NCBI GenBank assembly: GCA_934086145.1
Contig: CAKOHV010000002.1
Coordinates: 450 to 64,449, forward strand
DNA from: an uncultured Bacilli bacterium
GTDB lineage: Bacteria; Bacillota_I; Bacilli_A; RF39; UBA660
Length of the DNA: 64,000 nt
Reading direction: 5' to 3'
Positions 38,936 through 47,152 of the stretch are shown piece by piece. Numbering within the stretch: position 1 is the first letter of the stretch; every line of letters begins with the position of its first letter. The position numbers and the translations under genes were made by a program. A model generated the notes under the pieces. That model was not told where the DNA came from. It saw only the letters and a list, made by a program, of their open reading frames with translations, and ran no database searches.

Positions 38936-39424
38936 TCAAAAAAATAGCTTAGCAACAACTACCGCTGCAATAAAACCACAAATATCAGCAAACAAACCAG
39001 CTCCTAAGGCATATCGACTGTTCTTAACACCAACACTACTAAAATACAAAGCTAAAACATAAATTGTTGTATCCGTGGCTCCTTGAATAATACTACTCAA
39101 AAAGCCATAATATGAATCAACACCATACTTATAATAAATATTATTAAGCATTGCTAAACTAGCATTTCCACTAATCGGCCTTAAGAAAAACATCGAAACG
39201 ATATCGCCATGTAAGCCTCTAAATAAATCATTCAAGAGATTACTTCCTAAAAAAACATTAATTGCCAGAATCATTGCAACAATTGTCGGAATAATTTTAT
39301 AAACCGTCTTTAACCCATCAATAGCTCCGCTCAAAAATGATTCATACAAATCAACCTTCTTAAAAAAGCCATGCATAATAATAAATAAAATTAAGATAGG
39401 AATAATATAATTATTTATTTGCAT
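38936..39424 (-). CDS. spmB: Spore maturation protein B-like (nucleoside-recognition/Gate domain membrane protein)
   Basis: 162-aa polytopic protein in the conserved dacB-spmA-spmB arrangement. It overlaps spmA by 14 nt. Confidence 0.7.
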   Translation of the reverse strand: MQINNYIIPILILFIIMHGFFKKVDLYESFLSGAIDGLKTVYKIIPTIVAMILAINVFLGSNLLNDLFRGLHGDIVSMFFLRPISGNASLAMLNNIYYKYGVDSYYGFLSSIIQGATDTTIYVLALYFSSVGVKNSRYALGAGLFADICGFIAAVVVAKLFF

Positions 39425-39986
39425 TTTTCCTCCTTATGATTCCATCTAACGTAAGACCTGCTATTGTACTAACACTCGTAGCAATTATAGCCGGAATGAT
39501 TACGGCCGTTGGATTAACACTTTTATACGCTAAACGTAAAGCTATTACACTCATCGGAATTAACGTCACACCACTAGTATTTAAAACCAAAAAGGTAATC
39601 ATCCCATCCGTCGCTTTTTCTTTCTGTGGATTTTCTTTAGCTAACTCTTCCATTGCCTTTAAACCAAAGGGCGTAGCAACGGAACCTAAACCTAACATAT
39701 TCGCCGCAATATTTGATGAAATATATTCTAAAGCCTTATCATTCTTAACCGATGGAAACAACTTTATTAGCAGCGGTTTTAAAAGATGACTAAATTTTTT
39801 AAGAAGACCACTATCATTAGCGATATTCATAATCCCTGACCATAAGACAATTAATGGCAATAAATTTTTTATCAAATCAAAAGCCGCATTAGAACTATTT
39901 AATACCACATCACTCATATTAATACCGGAGATAAAACTATAAAATAAACCTATTGTAAGTAAAAAAAACCAAATAAAATTAATCAT
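39411..39986 (-). CDS. spmA: Spore maturation protein A-like (nucleoside-recognition/Gate domain membrane protein)
   Basis: Polytopic protein of about 191 aa. Its ATG overlaps the dacB stop (ATGA at 39983-39986). Confidence 0.7.
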   Translation of the reverse strand: MINFIWFFLLTIGLFYSFISGINMSDVVLNSSNAAFDLIKNLLPLIVLWSGIMNIANDSGLLKKFSHLLKPLLIKLFPSVKNDKALEYISSNIAANMLGLGSVATPFGLKAMEELAKENPQKEKATDGMITFLVLNTSGVTLIPMSVIALRLAYKSVNPTAVIIPAIIATSVSTIAGLTLDGIIRRKNANK

Positions 39987-40993
39987 ACCCTTGACCACCA
40001 TGCCATAAATTCTTTTAGACGAAAAACTAAACTAGTCTCCCTTTTAAAAAACAAACTTACTTTATTTATCAATTTCCCATTAACATAAACCTCAATAAAA
40101 TTATCATTAACCTTTGTTTCTACCTTATCATTATCTTTAACTAATAAATAATAATCATCCTTAACATAATAATTTTTATTATACTTTTTATTCTTATCTA
40201 AAATTTTCTTTCTTTGATAAAGACTAAAATTTTTTTCATATAAATTTTTATGATCAACAAAATCATTACCATCATTAAAAGTTACAACAATTAAATTTTT
40301 AGAATCTTTACTAGCTGTCGTAACTAAAGTTCGATGCGCTTTCTTAGTAAAACCTGTCTTGCCTCCAGTACAATATTCATACATATTTAGCAATTTATTT
40401 TTATTATGCCAAGTATATGTTTTATAACTAGACTTTACAATGATATCCTTTGTAGCTACAATCTTTCTAAAATAAGTATTTTGCATTGCATAACGCATTA
40501 ATAAAGCCATATCATAAGTCGTCGATTTATTAGCTGTTCCGTCATTTTCTTCTAAACCAGATGGATTAACAAAAGTTGTATTTTTCATGCCAAGTTTCTG
40601 CGCTTCTTCATTCATCAAAAAAACAAAAGACTTAACATCTCCTGCCACTGCTTTGGCAATTGCTAAAGCCGCATCATTCCCACTTCGTAACATCAACCCA
40701 TATAATAAATCATCCAAAGTTAACTCTTCCCCTATTTCTACATAAATTCCACTTCCATAAGCTTTTAAAATACTATCATCAATCTTCACAACATTTTCTA
40801 TATTACCATTTTCAAGTGCTACTAAACATGTCATAATCTTACTAATGCTCGCAATTAAACTTTCTTTATTAATATTACTTCCTTCTAAGACTCTCTTACT
40901 ATCTTGATCCATTACAATGTAAGAACTAGCTCCAATAGCCTTTACAGAAAAAGGCCAAAGCACTATTAACATCCCTAAAAGTATTTTTTTCAT
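39983..40993 (-). CDS. dacB: D-alanyl-D-alanine carboxypeptidase (S11, DacB-like)
   Basis: Signal peptide plus the SxxK (SISK), SxN (SGND) and KTG (GGKTGFT) motifs. Confidence 0.85.
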   Translation of the reverse strand: MKKILLGMLIVLWPFSVKAIGASSYIVMDQDSKRVLEGSNINKESLIASISKIMTCLVALENGNIENVVKIDDSILKAYGSGIYVEIGEELTLDDLLYGLMLRSGNDAALAIAKAVAGDVKSFVFLMNEEAQKLGMKNTTFVNPSGLEENDGTANKSTTYDMALLMRYAMQNTYFRKIVATKDIIVKSSYKTYTWHNKNKLLNMYEYCTGGKTGFTKKAHRTLVTTASKDSKNLIVVTFNDGNDFVDHKNLYEKNFSLYQRKKILDKNKKYNKNYYVKDDYYLLVKDNDKVETKVNDNFIEVYVNGKLINKVSLFFKRETSLVFRLKEFMAWWSRV

Positions 40994-41051
40994 CTTATCA
41001 CCTAAATAATTCTATGTATAAAAAAAAAGAATAACACATTATATGCTATTC

Positions 41052-41909
41052 CTAATCTTCCTTAACTTCTTCTATTTCATAAGCAAAATAAGCTTCATTT
41101 AAATCGACATTAGCTAAAATTCCCTCAACTCTTCCAATATCTGTATATTGCCACATATCATAGATTCCTTTATAACTAACCCCATCCATATAATGCGCTA
41201 ACCATGTTTTATAATTGCCAAACCTACTTAAGTCCCAACGCATTTCCATGGCAGTTTTATTACCATAAAGCATTCCATTATAACCATGAGCTTTCATATA
41301 ATCTAAGAAAACTAAGGCATTATAATTTATTATTTCATCACTTATTTTAGAAACTCTTCCACTTTCAAATGATTCAAAATCATAAGCTACTGGGTAAGTT
41401 ATTTGATAATCTTTAATTAAATTCAAGGTAAAAGTTGCTTCTTCAAGGACTTCATATTCATTAGTCGCTGACGAAAAAAAATACACTCCGACTGGGACAT
41501 TATAATAATTAGCTTGTTGAATATTATATCTAAAATAACTATCCTCAACAATTTCACCATCGCTTATCTTTCTTACGCCAACTCTAATCATGGCAAAATC
41601 TATTCCCGTATTTTTTAAAGCTTGCCAATCAATTTTTCCTTGCCACCCTGATACATCAACCCCTTTAACATCGCGAGCAATTTCCACAACTTTAGTCTGA
41701 TTTATAATTTCTTTATCATTTTCTTTTATTTCATTGATTAACTGTTGAATTTCATCAAATTCTTCATTACTTTCTTTATATTTATAGGCAAAGCTATGTC
41801 CTAATATTGAAAAAAAAATAACTAAAATTATACTTGATAAGATTAAAATCGTTAAACGACGATGTTGCAAAGTTATATTTTTAAATTTATCAAATAAATT
41901 ATACTGCAT
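41052..41909 (-). CDS. Membrane-anchored GH25 muramidase (lysozyme)
   Basis: N-terminal TM, then GVDVSGWQGKIDWQALKNTGIDFAMIRVG...GVYFF, which is the GH25 signature. Confidence 0.8.
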   Translation of the reverse strand: MQYNLFDKFKNITLQHRRLTILILSSIILVIFFSILGHSFAYKYKESNEEFDEIQQLINEIKENDKEIINQTKVVEIARDVKGVDVSGWQGKIDWQALKNTGIDFAMIRVGVRKISDGEIVEDSYFRYNIQQANYYNVPVGVYFFSSATNEYEVLEEATFTLNLIKDYQITYPVAYDFESFESGRVSKISDEIINYNALVFLDYMKAHGYNGMLYGNKTAMEMRWDLSRFGNYKTWLAHYMDGVSYKGIYDMWQYTDIGRVEGILANVDLNEAYFAYEIEEVKED

Positions 41910-42003
41910 ATCTTATATCTCCTATATTAATTATAGCATGTCTTATATAGAACTTAAAGCTTGCAAAAAAAGAAAGAAGAAATTTCAACAACTTGGTTAG
42001 TTT

Positions 42004-43260
42004 CTATTGAAATTTAATTCTTTCATTTACATAGTCAACTACTTCATTAAGTTTTAAAGTAATTTGTTCCATAGTATCTCTATCTCTTAAAGTAACTATA
42101 CCATTATTAATAGACTCATCATCAACAGTTAAACACCATGGTGTTCCACAAGCATCGGCTCTTCTATACCTCTTACCAATACTACCAGATTCATCATAGC
42201 TCGTCATAAAGTTTTTACTTAACATATTATAAATTTCTCCAGCCTTTTCACTATGATATTTTTTTACAAGTGGCAAGACACATACTTTATAAGGAGCAAA
42301 ATATGGAATAAATTTCATAACCTCACGAGTTTCACCATTTTCAAGCGTCTCCTCAGTATAACTATTATCTAAAATTGCCAGCGTTAATTTATCACATCCA
42401 ATAGTAGATTCAATTATATATGGAATAAACTTTTCATTAGTTTCTGAATCTAAGTATTCTTGATAATTACCAGAATATTCTTGATGTCTTCCTAAATCAT
42501 AATTAGTTCTATTATGAGTACCATTAACTTCTCCCCATCCAAATACATACTTATACTCAATATACAGGCTTCTTTAGCATAATGAGCTAATTTTTCATGA
42601 TCATGAAACCTTAATTTGCCTTCACTAATTCCCAAATTCATAAAATATTTCTTCGCATAATCTTTAAAATATGCATAAAGTTCACTATCAGCGCCTTCTT
42701 TACAGAACGTTTGATATTCCATTTGTTCAAATTCAATTGTTCTAAAAGTAAAGTTTCCAGGGGTTATTTCATTTCGAAATGCTTTACCAATTTGTCCTAT
42801 ACTAAATGGTAGCTTAGCACGCATAGTTCTTTGGACATTTAAAAAGTTAACATATTCCCCTTGGGCATTTTCTGGTCTTAAATAAACTTTATTTTTACCT
42901 TCTTCAGTAACTCCCATATAAGTCTCAAACATTAAATTAAATTGTCTAATATCCGTATAATCGCTCTTTCCACACTTTGGACATGGTATTTTATGTTCTC
43001 TAATATAAACCATCATTTCTTCTTGACTCATTCCATCAGCATGCGCATTTGCATCAAAATCGCTGCATCTACTTCATAAGCATTAGGTCTTTCTTGAATA
43101 AAGCGTTTACGCCAAGAATCCTTAATATTATTTTTAAGTCTTGAACCTAATGGACCATAAACCAGGTATTAGCAAAACCACCATATATTTCACTTCCTTG
43201 GAATATAAATCCATATTTTTTACAATAATTTACTAATTTTTCCATTGTTAATTCTGCCAT
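42004..43260 (-). pseudogene. glyQS: Glycine--tRNA ligase (glyQS, alpha2 type), disrupted
   Basis: Homologous segments lie in three frames. They are MAELTMEKLVNYCKKYGFIFQGSEIYGGFANTW, then YGPLGSRLKNNIKDSWRKRFIQERPNAYEVDAAILM, then ADGMSQEEM...FNLMFETYMGV...AHYAKEA, then YIEYKYVFGWGEVNGTHNRTNYDLGRHQEYSG...C-terminal anticodon-binding domain. The lesions are -1 shifts near 43160 and 42562 and a deletion of about 40 codons near 43050-43060. Confidence 0.85.
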
Positions 43261-43261
43261 A

Positions 43262-43792
43262 TTAAACCTCCAAATATTTTATTAAATCTTCTTTCTTATT
43301 AAATATTTTTATATAATTCAAAATAGAATAATCATTAAATTTATCTTCGATAAGTCTTGTAATAAACTTAATCAAATCACTATAATATCCATCTTGATTA
43401 TAAACAATTATCTCTTTTGTACTTTCAATCGTTCGATTATCCTCTAACATACTGAATAGCTCAGCCAAACTTCCAGTCCCACCCGGAAGAATAAGAACTT
43501 TAGAAGCATCATTATAAATTTTAGCTTCTCTTTCAAAAGTATTTTTTACATAAGTGCAATCAACATTAAATAAGCTTGTATCTTCATGATATAATTTTAA
43601 TGTATAAATCTTGATATTTCTATGCGCATCATTAAAATTACTTAGTATTTTTCCAAACATACCTTCACTTGCAATACCGCCCATAACTAAATCATAGCCA
43701 CAACGAGCTAAGGCCTTACTTATAAAATCAGCATCTTCAATATACTTTTTATCTATCTCTGAATGAGAAGAACAACCTATAAATATTTTCAT
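43262..43792 (-). CDS. LOG-family (TIGR00730) Rossmann-fold nucleotide-binding protein
   Basis: 176 aa with the PGGxGTxxE-type motif LPGGTGSLAELF. The stop lies 1 nt upstream of the glyQS ATG. Confidence 0.75.
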   Translation of the reverse strand: MKIFIGCSSHSEIDKKYIEDADFISKALARCGYDLVMGGIASEGMFGKILSNFNDAHRNIKIYTLKLYHEDTSLFNVDCTYVKNTFEREAKIYNDASKVLILPGGTGSLAELFSMLEDNRTIESTKEIIVYNQDGYYSDLIKFITRLIEDKFNDYSILNYIKIFNKKEDLIKYLEV

Positions 43793-43810
43793 CCTATCAC
43801 CTTCTAAAAA

Positions 43811-43938
43811 TAAAAAAACTCCTAGAATATGTAAGGACGAATTAATATCCGCGGTTCCACCTTACTTATTCTAGAAGAATCAGCTCTTATCTATACTGCT
43901 CAGGGTTTTCCACACCCGTCATCACACTTATTGAAATC
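43811..43938 (-). promoter_or_regulatory. T-box riboswitch-like leader (Gly/U73-type acceptor-binding bulge) with U-run terminator
   Basis: The minus strand reads AAGUAAGGUGGAACCGCGG-auauuaauu-CGUCCUUAC (plus 43828-43866). The T-box consensus is AAUUAGGGUGGNACCGCG...CGUCCCU. The UGGA bulge predicts a U73 tRNA. A 15-bp hairpin (43822-43836 with 43860-43874) is followed by a U7 run (43812-43818). A K-turn-like GUGAUGA...CUGAGC hairpin lies upstream. Confidence 0.7.
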
Positions 43939-43967
43939 AATATAACCCATTTTATACAACTTGTCAA
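43939..43967 (-). promoter_or_regulatory. Putative promoter upstream of the T-box-like leader
   Basis: On the minus strand: TTGACA (43967-43962), 17-nt spacer, TATATT (43944-43939). Confidence 0.5.
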
Positions 43968-44458
43968 CAAAGAACAAAAGACAAATAAAGTTGTCCTTGA
44001 AATCTCACGATTTCAAATTTCTACTTCACAGACACTCTACTGAGTCTTCTCCATAGACTTAAAATCCGATAGTCGCTACCGTACATATTTTTTTATTTTA
44101 TCTTTTTGTTTTTCTTTTTTTATTTAATTATTTATTATTATTTTTGCTAGTTTTTCTATATACATTTTCCCCCAACTAGTTTTTTAATAATATGGTTTTT
44201 ATCATACAATATTGTTGTTCATATAGCAATATATTTTTACACAATTTTTAATTATTTTTTAATGTAATAGATGAACTTTCCTATAAGAAAAAAATTTCCC
44301 CAAAAAACTTTAAAAATGACTTGTTCTAAATGTGGGAGAGAGACAATGGAATATAAAAATGATAATGAATAATCACCATCACTTTTTTGCATGAGTAGAT
44401 TTATTTACCTACCCTTTTTTGTTTATCTACTAAAAACGCCTAATATATAAAAAAACAT

Positions 44459-45010
44459 TTATTCTTTAAAACCATAAATACCATGTATCTTTTCTAAATC
44501 ATCGTTACTTAACTGAACAACTTCCCACTTCTTTTGCTCATTTTTCATAACTTTAAAATTAATATTATATTCAACCATTGCTGTACTTTCATTCATCTTT
44601 TCAAGCTTATAATTTAAAAATAAATTTTTATCATACTTGTTATCACTATTATAAAATTTTTCACTAGCTTCATTTAAATACTTAACAGCTTCTACTTGCG
44701 GGGTATATAAATCAATTACTCTAATTCTTGTCACGACTGTCGCTTTATCCCCATCATAGGTTTCATTAACAATATTATAAGTTAATGTTTTATATTGTTT
44801 TAATAAAATCTTTTTATAGAGTTCTTTTTGTTCATCCGTAAAATCTTCACTATCTACATAATCATTTAATTCGTTAACAATACTCTCGTCATTATTAATA
44901 TAGCCATTTAAATATTCGACAACTGCATCTTTAGCCGTTAAATTCTTATTACATCCTAATAAAATTAACATTATTATTAAAAATAAACAACTTTTTATAG
45001 CCTTTTTCAT
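44459..45010 (-). CDS. Lipoprotein (hypothetical)
   Basis: Signal peptide with lipobox LILLGC, then a 160-aa soluble domain. Confidence 0.65.
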   Translation of the reverse strand: MKKAIKSCLFLIIMLILLGCNKNLTAKDAVVEYLNGYINNDESIVNELNDYVDSEDFTDEQKELYKKILLKQYKTLTYNIVNETYDGDKATVVTRIRVIDLYTPQVEAVKYLNEASEKFYNSDNKYDKNLFLNYKLEKMNESTAMVEYNINFKVMKNEQKKWEVVQLSNDDLEKIHGIYGFKE

Positions 45011-45093
45011 ATTACCTCGCCTCTACAACTAGTATTGTTTATAATTAACTTTTTATACATATTATGCTAAAATACTAAGAGGAAGTGATAAAA

Positions 45094-46098
45094 GTGAAAA
45101 AAACTATTTTAACAGGCTTACGTCCAACTGGCAATCTTCATTTAGGCCACCTTTTTGGAGCTGGCCAAAATTATGTCAAATTACAAAATGATTATGATTT
45201 TTACCTAGAAATTGCGGATGTTCAAGCTTTAACAGATAATTTCAACAATCCAGAAAAGGTTAGAAAAAATGTTAGAGAAATTACAGCAGATCTTTTAGCT
45301 ATCGGTCTTGATCCAACAAAAGTTAATTTTTTTATCCAATCAAAAATTCCCGAAATTGCAGAGTTGACTGTTTATTATTCTAACTTAGTAACAGTTGCTA
45401 GACTTCAAAGAAATCCGACTGTCAAAGCAGAAATAGCTCAAAAGAAGGAACTTTTTGGTGATAATGGCGAAAGCATTACTTATGGCTTCTTAGGCTACCC
45501 TGTATCCCAAGCAGCTGATATTACGTGCTTTGGCGGTGAATTAATTCCTGTCGGCGATGACCAACTACCATTAATTGAACAATGTCGTGAAATAGTTCGT
45601 AAATTTAATAGCATTTATGGTAATGTTTTAACTGAGCCAGAACCATACTTATCTAAAACAACTCGTATCAAAGGTCTTGATGGCAATGAAAAAATGGGCA
45701 AAAGCCTTGGTAACGCCGTTTATTTAATTGACGATGAAGAAACAATTAAGAAAAAAATAATGGGGGCTATCACTGACCCTAATAAAATTAAAAAGGATGA
45801 TAAAGCTAACCCTGACGTTTGTATGGTTTATTACTATCATAAATTAGTCAATGATGAAGAAAATGTAAAACATATTTGCCAAGAATGCCAAGAAGGAAAA
45901 CGTGGCTGTGTTAAATGTAAAACCGAACTAATTGCCAAAATGAACAAATTTTTAAAACCAATCAAAGAACGTCGTCAAAAATACGAAGAAAATCCTGAGT
46001 TAATTGACCAAGTCTTAGAAAAAGGTACTAAAAAAGCTCAACTTAAGGCTAAAGAAGAAATGAAAAAAATTAAAAAAGCAATGAAAATCGATTATTAA
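45094..46098 (+). CDS. trpS: Tryptophan--tRNA ligase (Cys-rich, putative Fe-S-binding subtype)
   Basis: Class I motifs TGNLHLGH (HIGH) and KMGKS (KMSKS). It carries the Cys cluster C-x18-C-x2-C-x6-C-x2-C. GTG at 45094 lies 8 nt after AGAGGAAG. Confidence 0.9.
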   Translation: MKKTILTGLRPTGNLHLGHLFGAGQNYVKLQNDYDFYLEIADVQALTDNFNNPEKVRKNVREITADLLAIGLDPTKVNFFIQSKIPEIAELTVYYSNLVTVARLQRNPTVKAEIAQKKELFGDNGESITYGFLGYPVSQAADITCFGGELIPVGDDQLPLIEQCREIVRKFNSIYGNVLTEPEPYLSKTTRIKGLDGNEKMGKSLGNAVYLIDDEETIKKKIMGAITDPNKIKKDDKANPDVCMVYYYHKLVNDEENVKHICQECQEGKRGCVKCKTELIAKMNKFLKPIKERRQKYEENPELIDQVLEKGTKKAQLKAKEEMKKIKKAMKIDY

Positions 46099-46128
46099 AA
46101 ATTCTTGAAATTCAAGAATTTTTTTTAT
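46097..46128 (+). terminator. Bidirectional terminator after trpS
   Basis: Palindrome aattcttgaa-a-ttcaagaatt followed by a T7 run and preceded by an A-run. Confidence 0.7.
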
Positions 46129-46309
46129 TTGCTAACCACAACAAAAGGCTTCCAATAAAAACTAAATAGCACTCAAAATGCGTAAAGCATTCCTTTAAAT
46201 ACCCCATAATTCCCACTCCAAAAATAAATAAATTCATATACAATATCCAAAAAGCTAAACCAAAGCTAATAAGCAAAACGCCTACTAAAAACATTAAAAT
46301 TTTATTCAT
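46112..46309 (-). CDS. Possible small membrane protein (65 aa, 2 TM)
   Basis: Hydrophobic ORF only; its 3' end overlaps the trpS terminator hairpin. Confidence 0.3.
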   Translation of the reverse strand: MNKILMFLVGVLLISFGLAFWILYMNLFIFGVGIMGYLKECFTHFECYLVFIGSLLLWLANKKNS

Positions 46310-46362
46310 ATTAAATTCTATTTTTTATTACCAAAAATATTATAATAAAAAGGAATGATTAC

Positions 46363-47136
46363 ATGACTATTATAAAATATCTTATTTTAGGCATCATAAG
46401 CGCCATCACAAGCCTCCTCCCTCTTTCTCAAGAACTCCATTTCTTTCTTTATGATAAAATATTTAATACTCAAATATTTACACTTGAATATTACCCTTTT
46501 TTTAGTAATTTCGGCTTAATGCTAGCATTAATAATAATTATTTTTCAAGAAAGGCCCCATAAACTTAACAAATTATCTTTAAAGCACTTTAAAAAAGCTC
46601 CCAAATTAATTTTTCTTTTCTCTAAAGTCTTCTTAATAATAATGTCCCCCATTCTCATTGAACTATTTTTAAAAAAACTCCCAATAACTTTCAAACTAAC
46701 AACCATCTCACTTATCATAAATGCTCTCTTTCTTTTTATTACCAATCAAAAAAAAGGCTCAAAAAGCCTTCGTGACTTAAAATTTTTCCATCTTTTGCTC
46801 ATCATTCCCTTAATAGCCTTCGGCTCCTATCTAAGAATTCCCTACTTTACCATCATTTTCTTTGCCTTAAGCATCTTTAACTTTACTAAAAAAGACTCTT
46901 TATTACTTAGCCTTATCCTTATGATTGCCTCCTTACTTCCTCATCTTCTTACTAACTATTCCATCTTTTCCCTTCTTTTTAATTCATCATCCTATTTGGT
47001 AAACACCATATCAACAACAATTGTGGCCCTTTTAGTATACCCACACCTCAAAAAGAAAGTTCTCAATCAAAAATTATATACCTTTTCTATCCTTTGTCTT
47101 CTAATGGTTATCTTTGAAAGTATTTGGTTTCGTTAA
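46363..47136 (+). CDS. Divergent UppP/BacA-like polytopic membrane protein (catalytic motifs degenerate)
   Basis: 257 aa with about 8 TM helices. The N-terminal GIISAITSLLPLSQELH compares with the UppP motif E(G/F)LPxSS(S/T)GH. The second motif region reads AFGSYLRIP instead of PGxSRSG. Confidence 0.4.
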   Translation: MTIIKYLILGIISAITSLLPLSQELHFFLYDKIFNTQIFTLEYYPFFSNFGLMLALIIIIFQERPHKLNKLSLKHFKKAPKLIFLFSKVFLIIMSPILIELFLKKLPITFKLTTISLIINALFLFITNQKKGSKSLRDLKFFHLLLIIPLIAFGSYLRIPYFTIIFFALSIFNFTKKDSLLLSLILMIASLLPHLLTNYSIFSLLFNSSSYLVNTISTTIVALLVYPHLKKKVLNQKLYTFSILCLLMVIFESIWFR

Positions 47137-47152
47137 AAAAAGGAATAAGTAC

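Noticed and set aside
43990-44090. Canonical T-box Stem I / specifier loop upstream of the putative promoter
   Set aside because: This stretch has AGUA-containing sequence and a strong hairpin (uugaaauc-GUGA-gauuucaa). I could not assemble a K-turn, specifier-loop, AG-bulge and distal-loop architecture from it, nor find a GGC codon in context. It is left as an open question inside the T-box finding rather than called as a feature.
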